Source: an uncultured Nitrososphaerota archaeon (GTDB lineage Archaea; Thermoproteota; Nitrososphaeria; Nitrososphaerales; Gagatemarchaeaceae). Taken from it: a stretch of DNA of 64,000 nucleotides. Where the stretch lies: assembly GCA_963703285.1 (NCBI GenBank), contig OY969807.1, positions 1,408,001 to 1,472,000 of the forward strand. The letters run 5' to 3'. Positions 18,781 through 28,704 of this stretch are shown piece after piece (position 1 is the stretch's first letter; the number at the start of each line of letters is the position of its first letter). The notes below the pieces were generated by a model. The model searched no databases. It saw only the letters and a list, made by a program, of their open reading frames with translations, and was not told the DNA's origin. The translations under genes were made by a program, and so were the position numbers.

Positions 18781-18919
18781 GCCAGGGTAGCTCAGAAGCG
18801 GCAATCTCGCTGGGAAACCTGGGAGAGAGAACAGCCTCTAACACTCGGCTGAAGACCGAGATCAATTATCTCGTGATAATTGTCGGGAGCTGTCGTCGGT
18901 TCAAATCCGACCCCTGGCA
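18781..18919 (+). tRNA. tRNA-Phe(GAA) with three non-canonical introns (18796-18817, 18828-18841, 18861-18889)
   Basis: The spliced form GCCAGGGTAGCTCAGCCTGGGAGAGCACTCGGCTGAAGACCGAGCTGTCGTCGGTTCAAATCCGACCCCTGGCA folds into a normal cloverleaf. Confidence 0.88.
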
Positions 18920-18942
18920 TCCCCCACGATCCCAGCCTCTCC

Positions 18943-20139
18943 TCAGATTCCGGAGAGCGCCTGCGAGAGGTCTTCCTTCAGGTCCTCGACGTCCTCCAGA
19001 CCGAGGGCGAGCCTGAGCAGGTTCTCGCCTATCCCGAGATCCCTCCGGATGTTGGGAGAGAGCGTCTTGGAGGCGCTCGTGAGCGGGTAGCTGAGCAGCG
19101 ACTCGGCGCCGCCGAGGCTCGGCGATGGTTCGATCACCTGGATCTTCCTGAGGACCTCGAGCGCCTCGGTCTTCCCGCCCCTGACGTTGAAGCTCAGCAA
19201 CCCCCCGTACAGGCCTTCGCTGAAGAGGGACCTTGCCACGCTGTGGTACGGGCTCGTCTTCAGGCCGGGATAGAACACCTCCTCCACCTTGGGATGGTCC
19301 TCGAGGAACTCGGCGATAGCCAGCGCGTTCCTGCTCTGCGTCTCGAAGCGGACCTTAAGGGTGCTGATGCCCCTCAGTGCCAGGAAAGCTTCGAAGGGTC
19401 CCATTATCGACCCGAGCTTCCTCCTGAACTCCCACAGGTCCGTCAGGTCCATCGAGTCGTTGAGCGCGATAACACCTCCGACGAGGTCGTTGTGGCCGCC
19501 CATGTACTTCGTCACGCTGTGCAGCGTCACCCAGGCCCCGTCCAGAAGAGGCTTGTAGAGGACGGGGGTGGCGAAGGTGTTGTCGACGATGAGCCTCGTC
19601 CCCGTCTCCTTGCAGCGCCCCGCGATCTTCCGGACGTCGACGACGCGTGCCTTTGGATTCGTGATGGTCTCCACGAACGCCAGGGAGACTCCGGGCTTGA
19701 TCTTCTCGAGGAAGTCCTCTGTCTCGGGCCCGGCGAGGACAGTCTTGACGCCGAACTTGGCGAGGTTCAGGGCGAGCTCCTGCGTCGTCCCGTAGGACTC
19801 CTTCGTGATGACTATAGTGTCGCCCGCGCCGAGCGCCGAGAGGTAGACGGCCGCGATGCTCGCCATCCCGCTGCTGAAGGCGAGGGCGCTCTCCGCCTTC
19901 TCCAGCTTCTCGATCACCTTCTCGAAGCCCCTGACCGTGGGGTTCTCCTCCCGCGAGTACTTCTGGTCGAACCCCCTGTCCGACTTCCTTGACTCGCCCG
20001 TCCTCCTGTCCGGATGCTCGAAGATCGTCGAGAGGTAGAGGGGTACCTTGAACGTGCCCGTCTCAACGTCGAAGTAGTCGTGACCGTGAATCGATTCGGT
20101 CGAGGAGTGCGCCAACTTCCCTTCCCACAGTCCACCCAT
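18943..20139 (-). CDS. PLP-dependent trans-sulfuration enzyme (cystathionine gamma-synthase / O-acyl-homoserine sulfhydrylase family)
   Basis: YSREENPT, FSSGMASI, ETITNP, DNTFATP, SVTKYMGGH, SLGGAESL. Confidence 0.93.
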   Translation of the reverse strand: MGGLWEGKLAHSSTESIHGHDYFDVETGTFKVPLYLSTIFEHPDRRTGESRKSDRGFDQKYSREENPTVRGFEKVIEKLEKAESALAFSSGMASIAAVYLSALGAGDTIVITKESYGTTQELALNLAKFGVKTVLAGPETEDFLEKIKPGVSLAFVETITNPKARVVDVRKIAGRCKETGTRLIVDNTFATPVLYKPLLDGAWVTLHSVTKYMGGHNDLVGGVIALNDSMDLTDLWEFRRKLGSIMGPFEAFLALRGISTLKVRFETQSRNALAIAEFLEDHPKVEEVFYPGLKTSPYHSVARSLFSEGLYGGLLSFNVRGGKTEALEVLRKIQVIEPSPSLGGAESLLSYPLTSASKTLSPNIRRDLGIGENLLRLALGLEDVEDLKEDLSQALSGI

Positions 20140-20194
20140 GCTGCATGCTCATAAAGATGATGAAGTTTTAATTCCTTGGAGAATCAACGCAGCG

Positions 20195-21622
20195 TCAGTA
20201 GACGGGCATGGAGGGGTCGATCTCCTGCGTCCAGGCCTTTATGCCTCCCTTCAGGATCTTGACCTTCTTGAAACCGATCCTCTTGAGCAGGTCGGTGGCC
20301 TGCGCGCTCCGCATCCCCGTGTGGCAGTAGACGACGACCTCGTCGGCGGTGTCCAGCTCGTTGACCCGCTGTATCAGCTCTCCAATCGGGATCGACTTGG
20401 ATCCAGGGATGTGGGCGATCTGGTACTCGAACCCCTCCCTCACGTCCAGCACCACCACCTCGCTTCCGGCGTCGAGGGCCTGCTTGAGGGAAGCGGGGGT
20501 GACTTCGAGCTCGGGCCTGAACTCGTTCGTTATCCCGCAGAAGTTCTCGTAGTCGATGAGTTCCTTGACGGTGGGGTTCTCGCCGCAGACGGGACACTGG
20601 GGGTTCTTCTTCAGCTTGAGCTCGATGAACTTCAGGTCCAGGGCGTTGAAGAGGAGCAGCCTGCCGATGAGGGGCGTGCCCTTACCCAGGATCAGGTCTA
20701 TCGCCTCGGTCGCCTGGATGCTGCCCATCACGCCGGGCAGGACCCCGAGGACGCCGCCCTCGGCGCAGGACGGAACCAGGTTCGGGGGCGGGGGCTCCGG
20801 ATAGAGGCACCTGTAGCAGGGCCCCTCCTTCGAGTAGAAGACGGAGGCCTGTCCGTCGAACCTGAAGATGCTCGCGTAGACGTTCGGCTTGCCAAGGAGG
20901 ACGCAGGCGTCGTTCACGAGGTAGCCGGTCGGGAAGTTGTCCGCGCCGTCGATTATGATGTCGTAGTCCTTCATTATGTCCAGGGCGTTCGAGGAGTCGA
21001 GGCGGACCTTGTGGAGCTCGACCGAGACGTTGGGGTTCACGTAGAGCAGCCTCGCCTTTGCGACGTCCGCCTTGCTCTTGCCGATGTCCTGCTCCGAGTA
21101 GAGGACCTGTCTGTGGAGGTTGCTCTTCTCTATGGTGTCGAAGTCCACTATGCCTATCCTCCCGACCCCGGCCGCCGCGAGGTAGGTCGCAGCGGGGGTC
21201 CCCAGGGCGCCCGCGCCCACTATCAGGACGCTGGCCCTCTTGAGGGCCTTCTGACCCTCCAGGCCCACCTCCGGCATTATAAGGTGCCTGCTGTAGCGGA
21301 TGAGCTCGCTCCCGGAGAGGGAGACGCTGGCTTGGGCGCGGCTGCCCGAGCCGCCCGTTATCGAGGGGACGATCATGAGGGTGTCCCCGTCCTTGAGCGG
21401 GGTGTTCTCGCCATCGATGTAGCGGATGTCCTCCTCGTTCAGATAAACGTTGACGAAGTTGCGCAGCCTGCCGGTGTCGGAGTAGAAGTACCGCTTGAGG
21501 CCGGGGAAGCTCGTCACGAGCTCCTGCAGGGCGCCCTTGACGTCCCTCGAGTTGAGCTGGAGCTCGTCCGAGTCGTCCGTCAGCGGCCTAAGCGCCGTCG
21601 GTATGATGACACGCACTGGCAT
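20195..21622 (-). CDS. Ubiquitin-like (MoaD/ThiS/CysO)-ThiF/MoeB E1-rhodanese fusion
   Basis: N-domain VIIPTALR..FVNVYLNEEDIRY..IVPSITGG; E1 RYSRH, GAGALG, SNLHRQ, CYRC, CPVC; rhodanese YCHTGMRS. Confidence 0.92.
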   Translation of the reverse strand: MPVRVIIPTALRPLTDDSDELQLNSRDVKGALQELVTSFPGLKRYFYSDTGRLRNFVNVYLNEEDIRYIDGENTPLKDGDTLMIVPSITGGSGSRAQASVSLSGSELIRYSRHLIMPEVGLEGQKALKRASVLIVGAGALGTPAATYLAAAGVGRIGIVDFDTIEKSNLHRQVLYSEQDIGKSKADVAKARLLYVNPNVSVELHKVRLDSSNALDIMKDYDIIIDGADNFPTGYLVNDACVLLGKPNVYASIFRFDGQASVFYSKEGPCYRCLYPEPPPPNLVPSCAEGGVLGVLPGVMGSIQATEAIDLILGKGTPLIGRLLLFNALDLKFIELKLKKNPQCPVCGENPTVKELIDYENFCGITNEFRPELEVTPASLKQALDAGSEVVVLDVREGFEYQIAHIPGSKSIPIGELIQRVNELDTADEVVVYCHTGMRSAQATDLLKRIGFKKVKILKGGIKAWTQEIDPSMPVY

Positions 21623-21627
21623 GCCAG

Positions 21628-22038
21628 TCACGCGTCCACCTCTATCCCGTCCTCGGAAGCCGTCTTGCGGTCCTCCGCGGGGGTCCACGACCTCGTGTCC
21701 GCAGCCTTCCCCTTCTGCACCGAGACGACGATGTAGGTGTACCAGGGGAACGAGTGCTCGAGGTCGAAGGCGGAGAGCGAGGCGGGGTAGTCGGGGTGAG
21801 AGTGGTAGACCCCTGCGATGCTCAGACCTCTGTGCGAGACGGCCCTGTCCGCCTTGAAGAGTTCGAGGGGGTCGATGTCGTACCTGTCGTGCTTGGGTCC
21901 CGGATAGGTGTTCGTCATCCTCGTCGACTCGATTATTCTCTTGTCCCTGTCGGCGATGAGGAGACCACAGCACTCGTCAGGGTATGTGGATTCCGCGTGG
22001 GCATGAACCTCATCGATGACCCGTTTTGCAATTCTCAT
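21628..22038 (-). CDS. JAMM/MPN+ (Mec+, M67) metalloprotease
   Basis: YPDECCG and YHSHPDYPASLSAFD (E..HxH..S..D). Confidence 0.93.
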   Translation of the reverse strand: MRIAKRVIDEVHAHAESTYPDECCGLLIADRDKRIIESTRMTNTYPGPKHDRYDIDPLELFKADRAVSHRGLSIAGVYHSHPDYPASLSAFDLEHSFPWYTYIVVSVQKGKAADTRSWTPAEDRKTASEDGIEVDA

Positions 22039-22180
22039 GGTCAACCCTGATGGCGTCGGCACGTGTAATGCCCGGAGGCACGGTGGACAACCTCTTTACC
22101 GTCCTTGCGGGGCGGTCAGCTCTTCATAAAGTTGACGGAAAAGATATTCGTGGTGGAATAAATGTGGGATCAGGGTGGCC

Positions 22181-23812
22181 TTACATGCCACCCATTCCGC
22201 CCATGCCGCCCGGCCCTCCCGCTCCCGCCGGGGGTTCCTTCGACTTGGTCGAGGCTATCACGTCGTCGATGCGGAGTATCATGCAGGCCGACTCCGTGGC
22301 TGCCTTGAGTATCTGCAACTTGACGGCTGCGGGCTCCACGACTGCCCTCGTCCACATGTTCGCGACCTTTCCGGAGAGCGCGTCCACCCCCGCCCACTTC
22401 TCTCCCTTGCCGTGCCTAGCCCTTAGGTCGACCTGGGTGTCGATGGGGTCCATCCCTGCGTTCTCCGCGAGTATCGTCGCTATCGTCTCGATGGCCTCGG
22501 CGTACCTGAGCGCCGCGAGCTGCTCCCTGCCTGTGAGCTTCTGGGCCCATGCCCTGACCTGGCTTGCGACCTCGACCTCCGGCGCGCCCCCTCCTGCGAC
22601 TATGGACGGCATCTCGACGACGTCCTTCGTCACCATCAGCGCGTCGTGGAGGGCCCTCTCGGCCTCGTCGACCACCCTCTGGGATCCGCCCCTCACCAGG
22701 ATGGTGACGGCCTTCGGGTTCTTGCACCCCTCTATGAACACCCACTTGTCCTCCTCAATCTTCTTCTCCTCGGCGAGCTTGGCCTGCCCGAGGTCCTTCG
22801 AGCTCAGGTCGTCCAGGTTCGTGACGATCCTCGCGCCCGTAGCCTTGGCGAGCTTGCTCATGTCGCTCTCCTTGACGCGTCTTATCGCCATGATCCCCGC
22901 CCTTGCGAGGTAGTGCTGGGCGACGTCGTCGATGCCCTTCTGGCAAATGACGAGGTTGGCTCCGGACTGCTGAATCTTGTCCACCATCCCCTTGAGGATG
23001 CTGTTCTCTTCGTCGAGGAACTTCTGCATCTGGTCGGGGTCGTTGATCCTAATCTCCGCGCTGAACTCCGTCTTCTCTATCTCCAGCGGCGAGTTGATGA
23101 GGGCGATCTTGGCGCCATCGACCCTCTTAGGCATCGCCGAGTGGACCACTTCCTTGTCGAGCGCGATGCCCGATATGAGCTTGGTGTCGACCAACGAACC
23201 GCCGGCTTTCTTCTCCACCTTGACGTTGTCGATGTCCACCTTGAATCCCGTCTCTGTCTTCTCGGCGACCTGCAACATCGCGTCGACCACGAGGCCCGCT
23301 AGGTGGGGGGCGTCGTCGGAGACTAGCTTGGTCATCATGCTGGTCGTCGCGATCTTTAGGAGGTCTTCCCTTGAAGTGGGGTCGACCTTCACTGCGATGC
23401 TCTCCAGGACCTGCTGCGCCTTCTCCAGCGCCTTCATGTAACCGTCGACGACCACTGTAGGGTGGACGTCCTTGCTGATGAGCTCCTCCGCCTTCTCCAG
23501 GAGCGCTCCCGCGAGTATCACCGCGGAGGTGGTGCCGTCGCCGACCTCGTTGTCGGTCGCCTTGGAGACCTCGACGAGCATCTTCGCCGCCGGGTGCTGG
23601 ACGTCGATCTCCTTGAGCATGGTCGCGCCGTCGTTGGTGATGGTGACGTCGCCGAGCGAGTCGACGAGCATCTTGTCCATACCGCGGGGACCGAGAGACG
23701 TCCTCACGATCTCCGAGATTAGCTTCGCGGCCTGGATGTTGTTCCTCTGAGCCTCCCTTCCCTTCGATTCTGCCGTCCCTTCCTTGAGTATGATGTACTG
23801 GGGACTGCTCAT
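22181..23812 (-). CDS. ths: Thermosome (group II chaperonin) subunit
   Basis: LGPRGMDKM, TNDGATML, GDGTTSA, GGM tail. Confidence 0.97.
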   Translation of the reverse strand: MSSPQYIILKEGTAESKGREAQRNNIQAAKLISEIVRTSLGPRGMDKMLVDSLGDVTITNDGATMLKEIDVQHPAAKMLVEVSKATDNEVGDGTTSAVILAGALLEKAEELISKDVHPTVVVDGYMKALEKAQQVLESIAVKVDPTSREDLLKIATTSMMTKLVSDDAPHLAGLVVDAMLQVAEKTETGFKVDIDNVKVEKKAGGSLVDTKLISGIALDKEVVHSAMPKRVDGAKIALINSPLEIEKTEFSAEIRINDPDQMQKFLDEENSILKGMVDKIQQSGANLVICQKGIDDVAQHYLARAGIMAIRRVKESDMSKLAKATGARIVTNLDDLSSKDLGQAKLAEEKKIEEDKWVFIEGCKNPKAVTILVRGGSQRVVDEAERALHDALMVTKDVVEMPSIVAGGGAPEVEVASQVRAWAQKLTGREQLAALRYAEAIETIATILAENAGMDPIDTQVDLRARHGKGEKWAGVDALSGKVANMWTRAVVEPAAVKLQILKAATESACMILRIDDVIASTKSKEPPAGAGGPGGMGGMGGM

Positions 23813-23929
23813 GTATAATTCGCGTCAACTATACAACTTCGAGTTGTATATATGATTTTTGTTCATTTGAGTGGAGGAGAAGCGGACCAGCGGGCAGATT
23901 ATATGCCCCGTTTCTCTGATTGGTGATTC

Positions 23930-24856
23930 TTGGATTTCATAAAGGACTGCGGGTTGATGGTCGAGCCGCAGGAGGGGATGACCATCGACGAACTGCTCGA
24001 CGTCGCCTCGTTCGCGGAGAAGAAGGGGTTCGGATACTTCTTCCGCTCGGACCACCTCCTTCCGACCTCGCGCAAGAAGGGTCTCGACTCGCCCGAGTGC
24101 TGGGTCACGCTCGGCGCCATCGCCGCGCGCACGAGGAGGATCAGGTTCGGACCCATGGTCTCGCCGGTGGGGTTCAGGAACCCCTCTCTCCTGGCCCGGA
24201 TGGCGCAGACCGTCGACGCGATGTCCCGCGGCAGGCTCTGTCTCGGGGTGGGCGCGGGCTGGTACGAGGACGAGTACAAGGCCCACGGAATCGAGTTCCC
24301 GGACCTGGAGACGCGCAAGCGCCAGTTCACGGAGGCCCTGGAGATAATCAGGCCGCTCACACAGGTCGGGAGGGTGGACTTTCGCGGGAGGTTCTTCTCG
24401 GCCCATCTCGGCAGCCAGCCGAAGCTCAGGGACAGGATTTACCTCATCGTCGGAGGTAGGGCGCGCTCCATCGTCAGACAGACGGCCAACTTCGGCGACG
24501 AGTGGAACTTCTTCGGGGCGATCCCCGAGGGGTTCGAGAGCGTCAAGAGCACCTTCGACCGTTGCGGCAGGCGCATAGAGATCTCAAGGATGGGTCCCTT
24601 CATGCTCGCTGAGACCGCCGGCCAGCTCAGGGCGAAGCTGCGCAGGGACATGCGCAAGAGGGGAGTGAGCAGGGGCGAGGACGCGCACGCCCGGGCGCTC
24701 AGGAAGAGCGGCTGGATCATAGGCACCGCAGGGGACTTCCCGGAGGACGTAGGCAGGTACCGCGATCTGGGCGTGGGCCGGTTCTACTTCCAGGTCTGGG
24801 AGACGGAAAAGAGGGACGAGATCGAACTGCTCGCCGAAGTTCTAAAGCGGATGTAG
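23930..24856 (+). CDS. LLM-class (luciferase-like, possibly F420-dependent) oxidoreductase
   Basis: FRSDHL, RNPSLLARMAQTVD, LGVGAGWYEDE. Confidence 0.9.
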   Translation: MDFIKDCGLMVEPQEGMTIDELLDVASFAEKKGFGYFFRSDHLLPTSRKKGLDSPECWVTLGAIAARTRRIRFGPMVSPVGFRNPSLLARMAQTVDAMSRGRLCLGVGAGWYEDEYKAHGIEFPDLETRKRQFTEALEIIRPLTQVGRVDFRGRFFSAHLGSQPKLRDRIYLIVGGRARSIVRQTANFGDEWNFFGAIPEGFESVKSTFDRCGRRIEISRMGPFMLAETAGQLRAKLRRDMRKRGVSRGEDAHARALRKSGWIIGTAGDFPEDVGRYRDLGVGRFYFQVWETEKRDEIELLAEVLKRM

Positions 24857-24904
24857 AATCCATCTGAACGCTTTAAAATAACTTGGCCGAGCTGAACCCT
24901 CGAG

Positions 24905-25372
24905 ATGCTACCAATGGGATCGAAGGCCGAGGCGTTCATCCTCTACGACGCGGATAAGAAGGAGAGGAGCCTATCCGAGTTCCTCGTAAGGGGTAGGAGG
25001 ACGATCCTTGCATTCTACCCGGGGGCGTTCACCGGCGTGTGCACCCAGGAACTGTGCACCTTCAGGGACATGTTCCCCGACCTGCAGAAGCTCAACGCGA
25101 ACCTGGTCGGGATCTCGGTCGACGCGCCCTTCGCCCAGAAGGCCTTCGCCGAGAAGTACAGCCTCAACTTCCCCCTGCTCTGCGACTTCAAGCGGGAGGT
25201 CGTCGCGAAGTATGGCCTTGTGTGGAAGGACCTGAGCGGTGTGATGGGCTACGACACTTCAAACAGGGCGATCTTAGTTCTGGACGACGGTGCGAAGATC
25301 GTGTATTCGTGGGTCGCGCCCAGCCCAGGCGTCTTGCCGGACTTCGAAGAGATAAAGAAGAACCTGGCCTGA
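24905..25372 (+). CDS. Peroxiredoxin (BCP/AhpE-like)
   Basis: FYPGAFTGVCTQELC. Confidence 0.93.
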   Translation: MLPMGSKAEAFILYDADKKERSLSEFLVRGRRTILAFYPGAFTGVCTQELCTFRDMFPDLQKLNANLVGISVDAPFAQKAFAEKYSLNFPLLCDFKREVVAKYGLVWKDLSGVMGYDTSNRAILVLDDGAKIVYSWVAPSPGVLPDFEEIKKNLA

Positions 25373-25378
25373 TGCCCG

Positions 25379-25846
25379 TCAGGATTCCTCGGGCTTCGCT
25401 TCAGGCTGCTTCTTTCGTGCCGAGCTGAGCACGAACCTCAGGAGCGGCTCGCTGATGCTCATGGCGTCGCGCATGGATATCATTCCCAGGGGGATTCCCT
25501 CCTTGCTGACCACGGGGAGGTGCCGGACGTTCGCCTTCGTCATGCGGTCCACCGCTGTGACTATGTTCTCATTCGGGCTGGCCTTCAGGGATGTCTTGGA
25601 CATGACGCTGGTCACCGGGATGCCCTTCCCCGTCAGCGACTTGGTCACGGCGAAGAGCACATCGCGCTCCGTCAGGATCCCAAGCATGACGCCCGCCTTG
25701 TCGACCACTATCACGCTCCCTATGTTGCCCTCCCACATCGCCGAAGCGGCTTCGTCTATCGTGAAGTCTTCGGGGACGACCGTGGGCGGAACCTCCATCA
25801 GGTCCTTCGTCCTCATGCTCACCTGACTCGGTTTTGGCCTCGGCAA
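25379..25846 (-). CDS. CBS-domain protein
   Basis: GILTERD, VRHLPVV, GMISMRD. Confidence 0.9.
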   Translation of the reverse strand: MPRPKPSQVSMRTKDLMEVPPTVVPEDFTIDEAASAMWEGNIGSVIVVDKAGVMLGILTERDVLFAVTKSLTGKGIPVTSVMSKTSLKASPNENIVTAVDRMTKANVRHLPVVSKEGIPLGMISMRDAMSISEPLLRFVLSSARKKQPEAKPEES

Positions 25847-25940
25847 GGTTTTCGATGGCGTGCCCTGTGCACCACCTATTAATCATTCGGGAGCCGTCCG
25901 GAGGGGTCGGAGCCAGCAGGCGGAGGGCTGTTACTCCGCT

Positions 25941-26270
25941 CTATCGCCTGATGTTCGTCACGAGCAGCTTGAACTGCAGGGTCTTGCCTGACATGGGATG
26001 CCTGCCTGTCTTCCCGTAGGCCTTCTCCGGCGGGATGGTGACCTCCTTGGTCTCGTTCACCTTCATCCCCACGAGCGCCTCCTCGAACCCAGTTATCACC
26101 TGGTGCGCGCCCAGGACGACCAGCAGGGGCTTGTAGTCGCGCGCCGGACTGAGCAGTCCGGCCTTCTCGGCCTCCGACCTCATGCCGGTGTCGAAGACCT
26201 TGCCGCCGGGGAACCTACCCACGTAATGGACCGAGACCGTGTCTCCATTCTGCGCCACTAGTTCGCTCAT
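25941..26270 (-). CDS. Short FKBP-type peptidyl-prolyl isomerase
   Basis: VSVHYVG, VFDT, VITGFEEAL, IPPEKAYG, HPMSGKTL. Confidence 0.9.
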   Translation of the reverse strand: MSELVAQNGDTVSVHYVGRFPGGKVFDTGMRSEAEKAGLLSPARDYKPLLVVLGAHQVITGFEEALVGMKVNETKEVTIPPEKAYGKTGRHPMSGKTLQFKLLVTNIRR

Positions 26271-26456
26271 TTTGAAGCTCGGGGGTCACCACGACTTCGG
26301 CTCTTTAACGATTTTGCCCCGTGGTAGCCGGTGCAAACGACGCCGATTGGTTGGTTCCACGTGAAAAACAGCTGTTGATCTGCTCGGGCTCGAAGGGTGG
26401 GGTTCGGAGAGTTAGTTCAAATACGAAAGCGGGCAATCGCTGGTGCCGGTCCCGGC

Positions 26457-26999
26457 ATGGAAGAGCTCGCCCTAGGTTCCGTCGTCTCCCTCTGGCTACT
26501 GTTCGGGCTGAGCACCGGAATAATACTCGCCTTCATCGTCCTGGTGGCGGTTCTGTTCTCACGAGACCTGAACCGCGGCGTCACGACGATGATCAGCGAG
26601 TCAATCCTTCCGGACCTGGGCGGAAGGAAGGACCTCTTCCTAGGAAACCTGGAGAAGGAACTCAAGAGGAGGGGGCTGATACCTCGCGTTCCGCTCGACA
26701 AGGAGAGCGACCTGGTCTACCGGGACTTCTTCAACGAGGTGAAGGTCAACGTTGCCGAGGAGGGCCCCAACCTGAGGTTTGGGTATCGTATCTCCGCGGC
26801 GACCGCCGCGGTGACTCTTGGGGTGATTCTCCTGATACCCTTCGTCGTTGGATCCGTCGTGCTCTTCGCTCTCGCGCTGCTCAGGCGGAACAACATCCAA
26901 CTGACCCTCAACGAGGCGGGGCAGTCCGCCCGGATACTCACAGCAGGCGAGCTCGCCCGGGGCGGAGCCGGCTCTTCCACGCAGGCTAACTCGGCCTAG
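26457..26999 (+). CDS. Hypothetical membrane protein
   Basis: Several hydrophobic segments, host-like codon usage. Confidence 0.6.
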   Translation: MEELALGSVVSLWLLFGLSTGIILAFIVLVAVLFSRDLNRGVTTMISESILPDLGGRKDLFLGNLEKELKRRGLIPRVPLDKESDLVYRDFFNEVKVNVAEEGPNLRFGYRISAATAAVTLGVILLIPFVVGSVVLFALALLRRNNIQLTLNEAGQSARILTAGELARGGAGSSTQANSA

Positions 27000-27376
27000 G
27001 TCTGCGACCTTCCGCAGCTTGGGCAGTAGGTCTTGCTGCCCTTCAGGTCAGCGCCGCAGAACTTGCACGACCCGGGCGGTCGAACCGGGGCATCCGGCTT
27101 GGGGGCCTCCGGCTTATTGGTGACCTTTGCCCTCCCGCCCCCTCCGATCGCGACGAGGAGGATTCCGACCGCTATCAGCACCAGTCCGAGCGCCAGATAC
27201 CACGACTCGGTGGAGACCTGGTCGATCAGGCCGGGAAGAAGGGGCACCACGTGCACCGCGCTGTTGATGTCCCCCAGCGCCAACCTCAGGGACGCCTGCG
27301 TCCCCGAATAGTATCCAATCAAGTAGCCGCCCGCCAGGCACAGTACCCCACCCAGTAGGCGCCTCGTCAGGGACAT
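26996..27376 (-). CDS. Membrane protein with C-terminal zinc ribbon
   Basis: Two TM segments plus CKFCG..YCPSCG. Confidence 0.75.
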   Translation of the reverse strand: MSLTRRLLGGVLCLAGGYLIGYYSGTQASLRLALGDINSAVHVVPLLPGLIDQVSTESWYLALGLVLIAVGILLVAIGGGGRAKVTNKPEAPKPDAPVRPPGSCKFCGADLKGSKTYCPSCGRSQT

Positions 27377-27555
27377 GACAGGACGGCCCCCCAAGGCCAT
27401 GTCTATTTACACGCGACGTTGCGCTGCGCGTTCGGACACGACCCATGGCCGGAGCGCGGACCGCCGGGCCTTCGGTTGCGTCGCAAGATTCCGACAAAAC
27501 GGCTTTTAACGCACCGGAGGCTCTGGCGTATTGAGAAGACTTGGAAACAGGCGCC

Positions 27556-28671
27556 ATGCAGGAGGGCGATCTTGTGCGTGACAGACAGGACTATCTCAGG
27601 GCCGTCATCGCCAGGGATGCCTCCTTCGACGGCGCCTTCGTCTTCGGCGTTAGGTCAACCGGAATCTACTGCCGGCCCTCGTGCCCCACGCGGAGACCTA
27701 GGGAGGACAGGATACTCCTGTTCCCGAGCGTCCAGTCGGCGGAGGGGCAAGGACTTCGCGAATGCCGGCGGTGTAGGCCCAAGACGGCCTCCCAGCGCGC
27801 CGAGCTGGTCGGAAGGGTCTGCGAGTACATCCAGGGCAACCCCGCCGGAGACCTCGGGCTCGCGGCCCTCGGTGAGAGGTTCTCGGTCAGCCCGTACCAC
27901 CTGCAGAGGGTCTTCAAGGACGTAGTAGGGATGTCTCCTCGCAGATACACCGAAGAGTGCCGCATCAGCCAGCTGAAGGTTCACCTCGGGCAGGGGCATT
28001 CGGTGACCAACGCGCTTCGGAGGGTGGGATACAGATCACAGAGCTGGCTTTACGATGACTCGACGGTCAAGTTGGGCATGACCCCCGGCGTCTACCGCAG
28101 GGGCGGGATAGGCATGAGTATAGTGTACCAGACGGGAGCGTCCCCGCTGGGTAGGCTCCTCGTCGCGGCGACGGAGCACGGGATCTGCATGGTGGACCTC
28201 GGCGAGAGCGACAAGGAGCTGGTGGCGGCGCTGCACAATGAGTACCCCAGGGCGGTCATATCGCGATCAGAAGAGGCGAGGAGCCACTTCGAAGCGGTCC
28301 TTGGTTACTTCGATGGCAGGCAGGGGAAGCTGCCGCTTGACCTGCGGGGCACTGACTTCCAGAGGAAGGTCTGGGCCGCGCTGCAGACGATCCCCGAAGG
28401 CGGGGTCTGCTCCTACAGCGATGTCGCCGCGATGATAGGCGAGCCGAGGGCAGTGAGGGCCGTCGCGAACGCCTGCGGCAAGAACCCCGTTCCTCTGATA
28501 GTCCCGTGCCACAGGGTGGTCAGGAAGGACGGCGGACTGGGCGGCTACGGCATGGGGCTGTGGAGGAAGAAGGCGCTGCTCGCGGAGGAGAAGAGACGGA
28601 CGCAGGACGCCGGCAAGACTCCGAGGGGGGAGAGCGCGGGATACCAACATCGAAGGGACTCCGGCCGCTGA
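27556..28671 (+). CDS. ada: Bifunctional Ada regulator / O6-methylguanine-DNA methyltransferase
   Basis: STGIYCRPSC, CRRC, AraC HTH, IVPCHRVV. Confidence 0.95.
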   Translation: MQEGDLVRDRQDYLRAVIARDASFDGAFVFGVRSTGIYCRPSCPTRRPREDRILLFPSVQSAEGQGLRECRRCRPKTASQRAELVGRVCEYIQGNPAGDLGLAALGERFSVSPYHLQRVFKDVVGMSPRRYTEECRISQLKVHLGQGHSVTNALRRVGYRSQSWLYDDSTVKLGMTPGVYRRGGIGMSIVYQTGASPLGRLLVAATEHGICMVDLGESDKELVAALHNEYPRAVISRSEEARSHFEAVLGYFDGRQGKLPLDLRGTDFQRKVWAALQTIPEGGVCSYSDVAAMIGEPRAVRAVANACGKNPVPLIVPCHRVVRKDGGLGGYGMGLWRKKALLAEEKRRTQDAGKTPRGESAGYQHRRDSGR

Positions 28672-28704
28672 CTGGAGAACGCCCCCTCTGCTGCGTCTCG
28701 GAAG

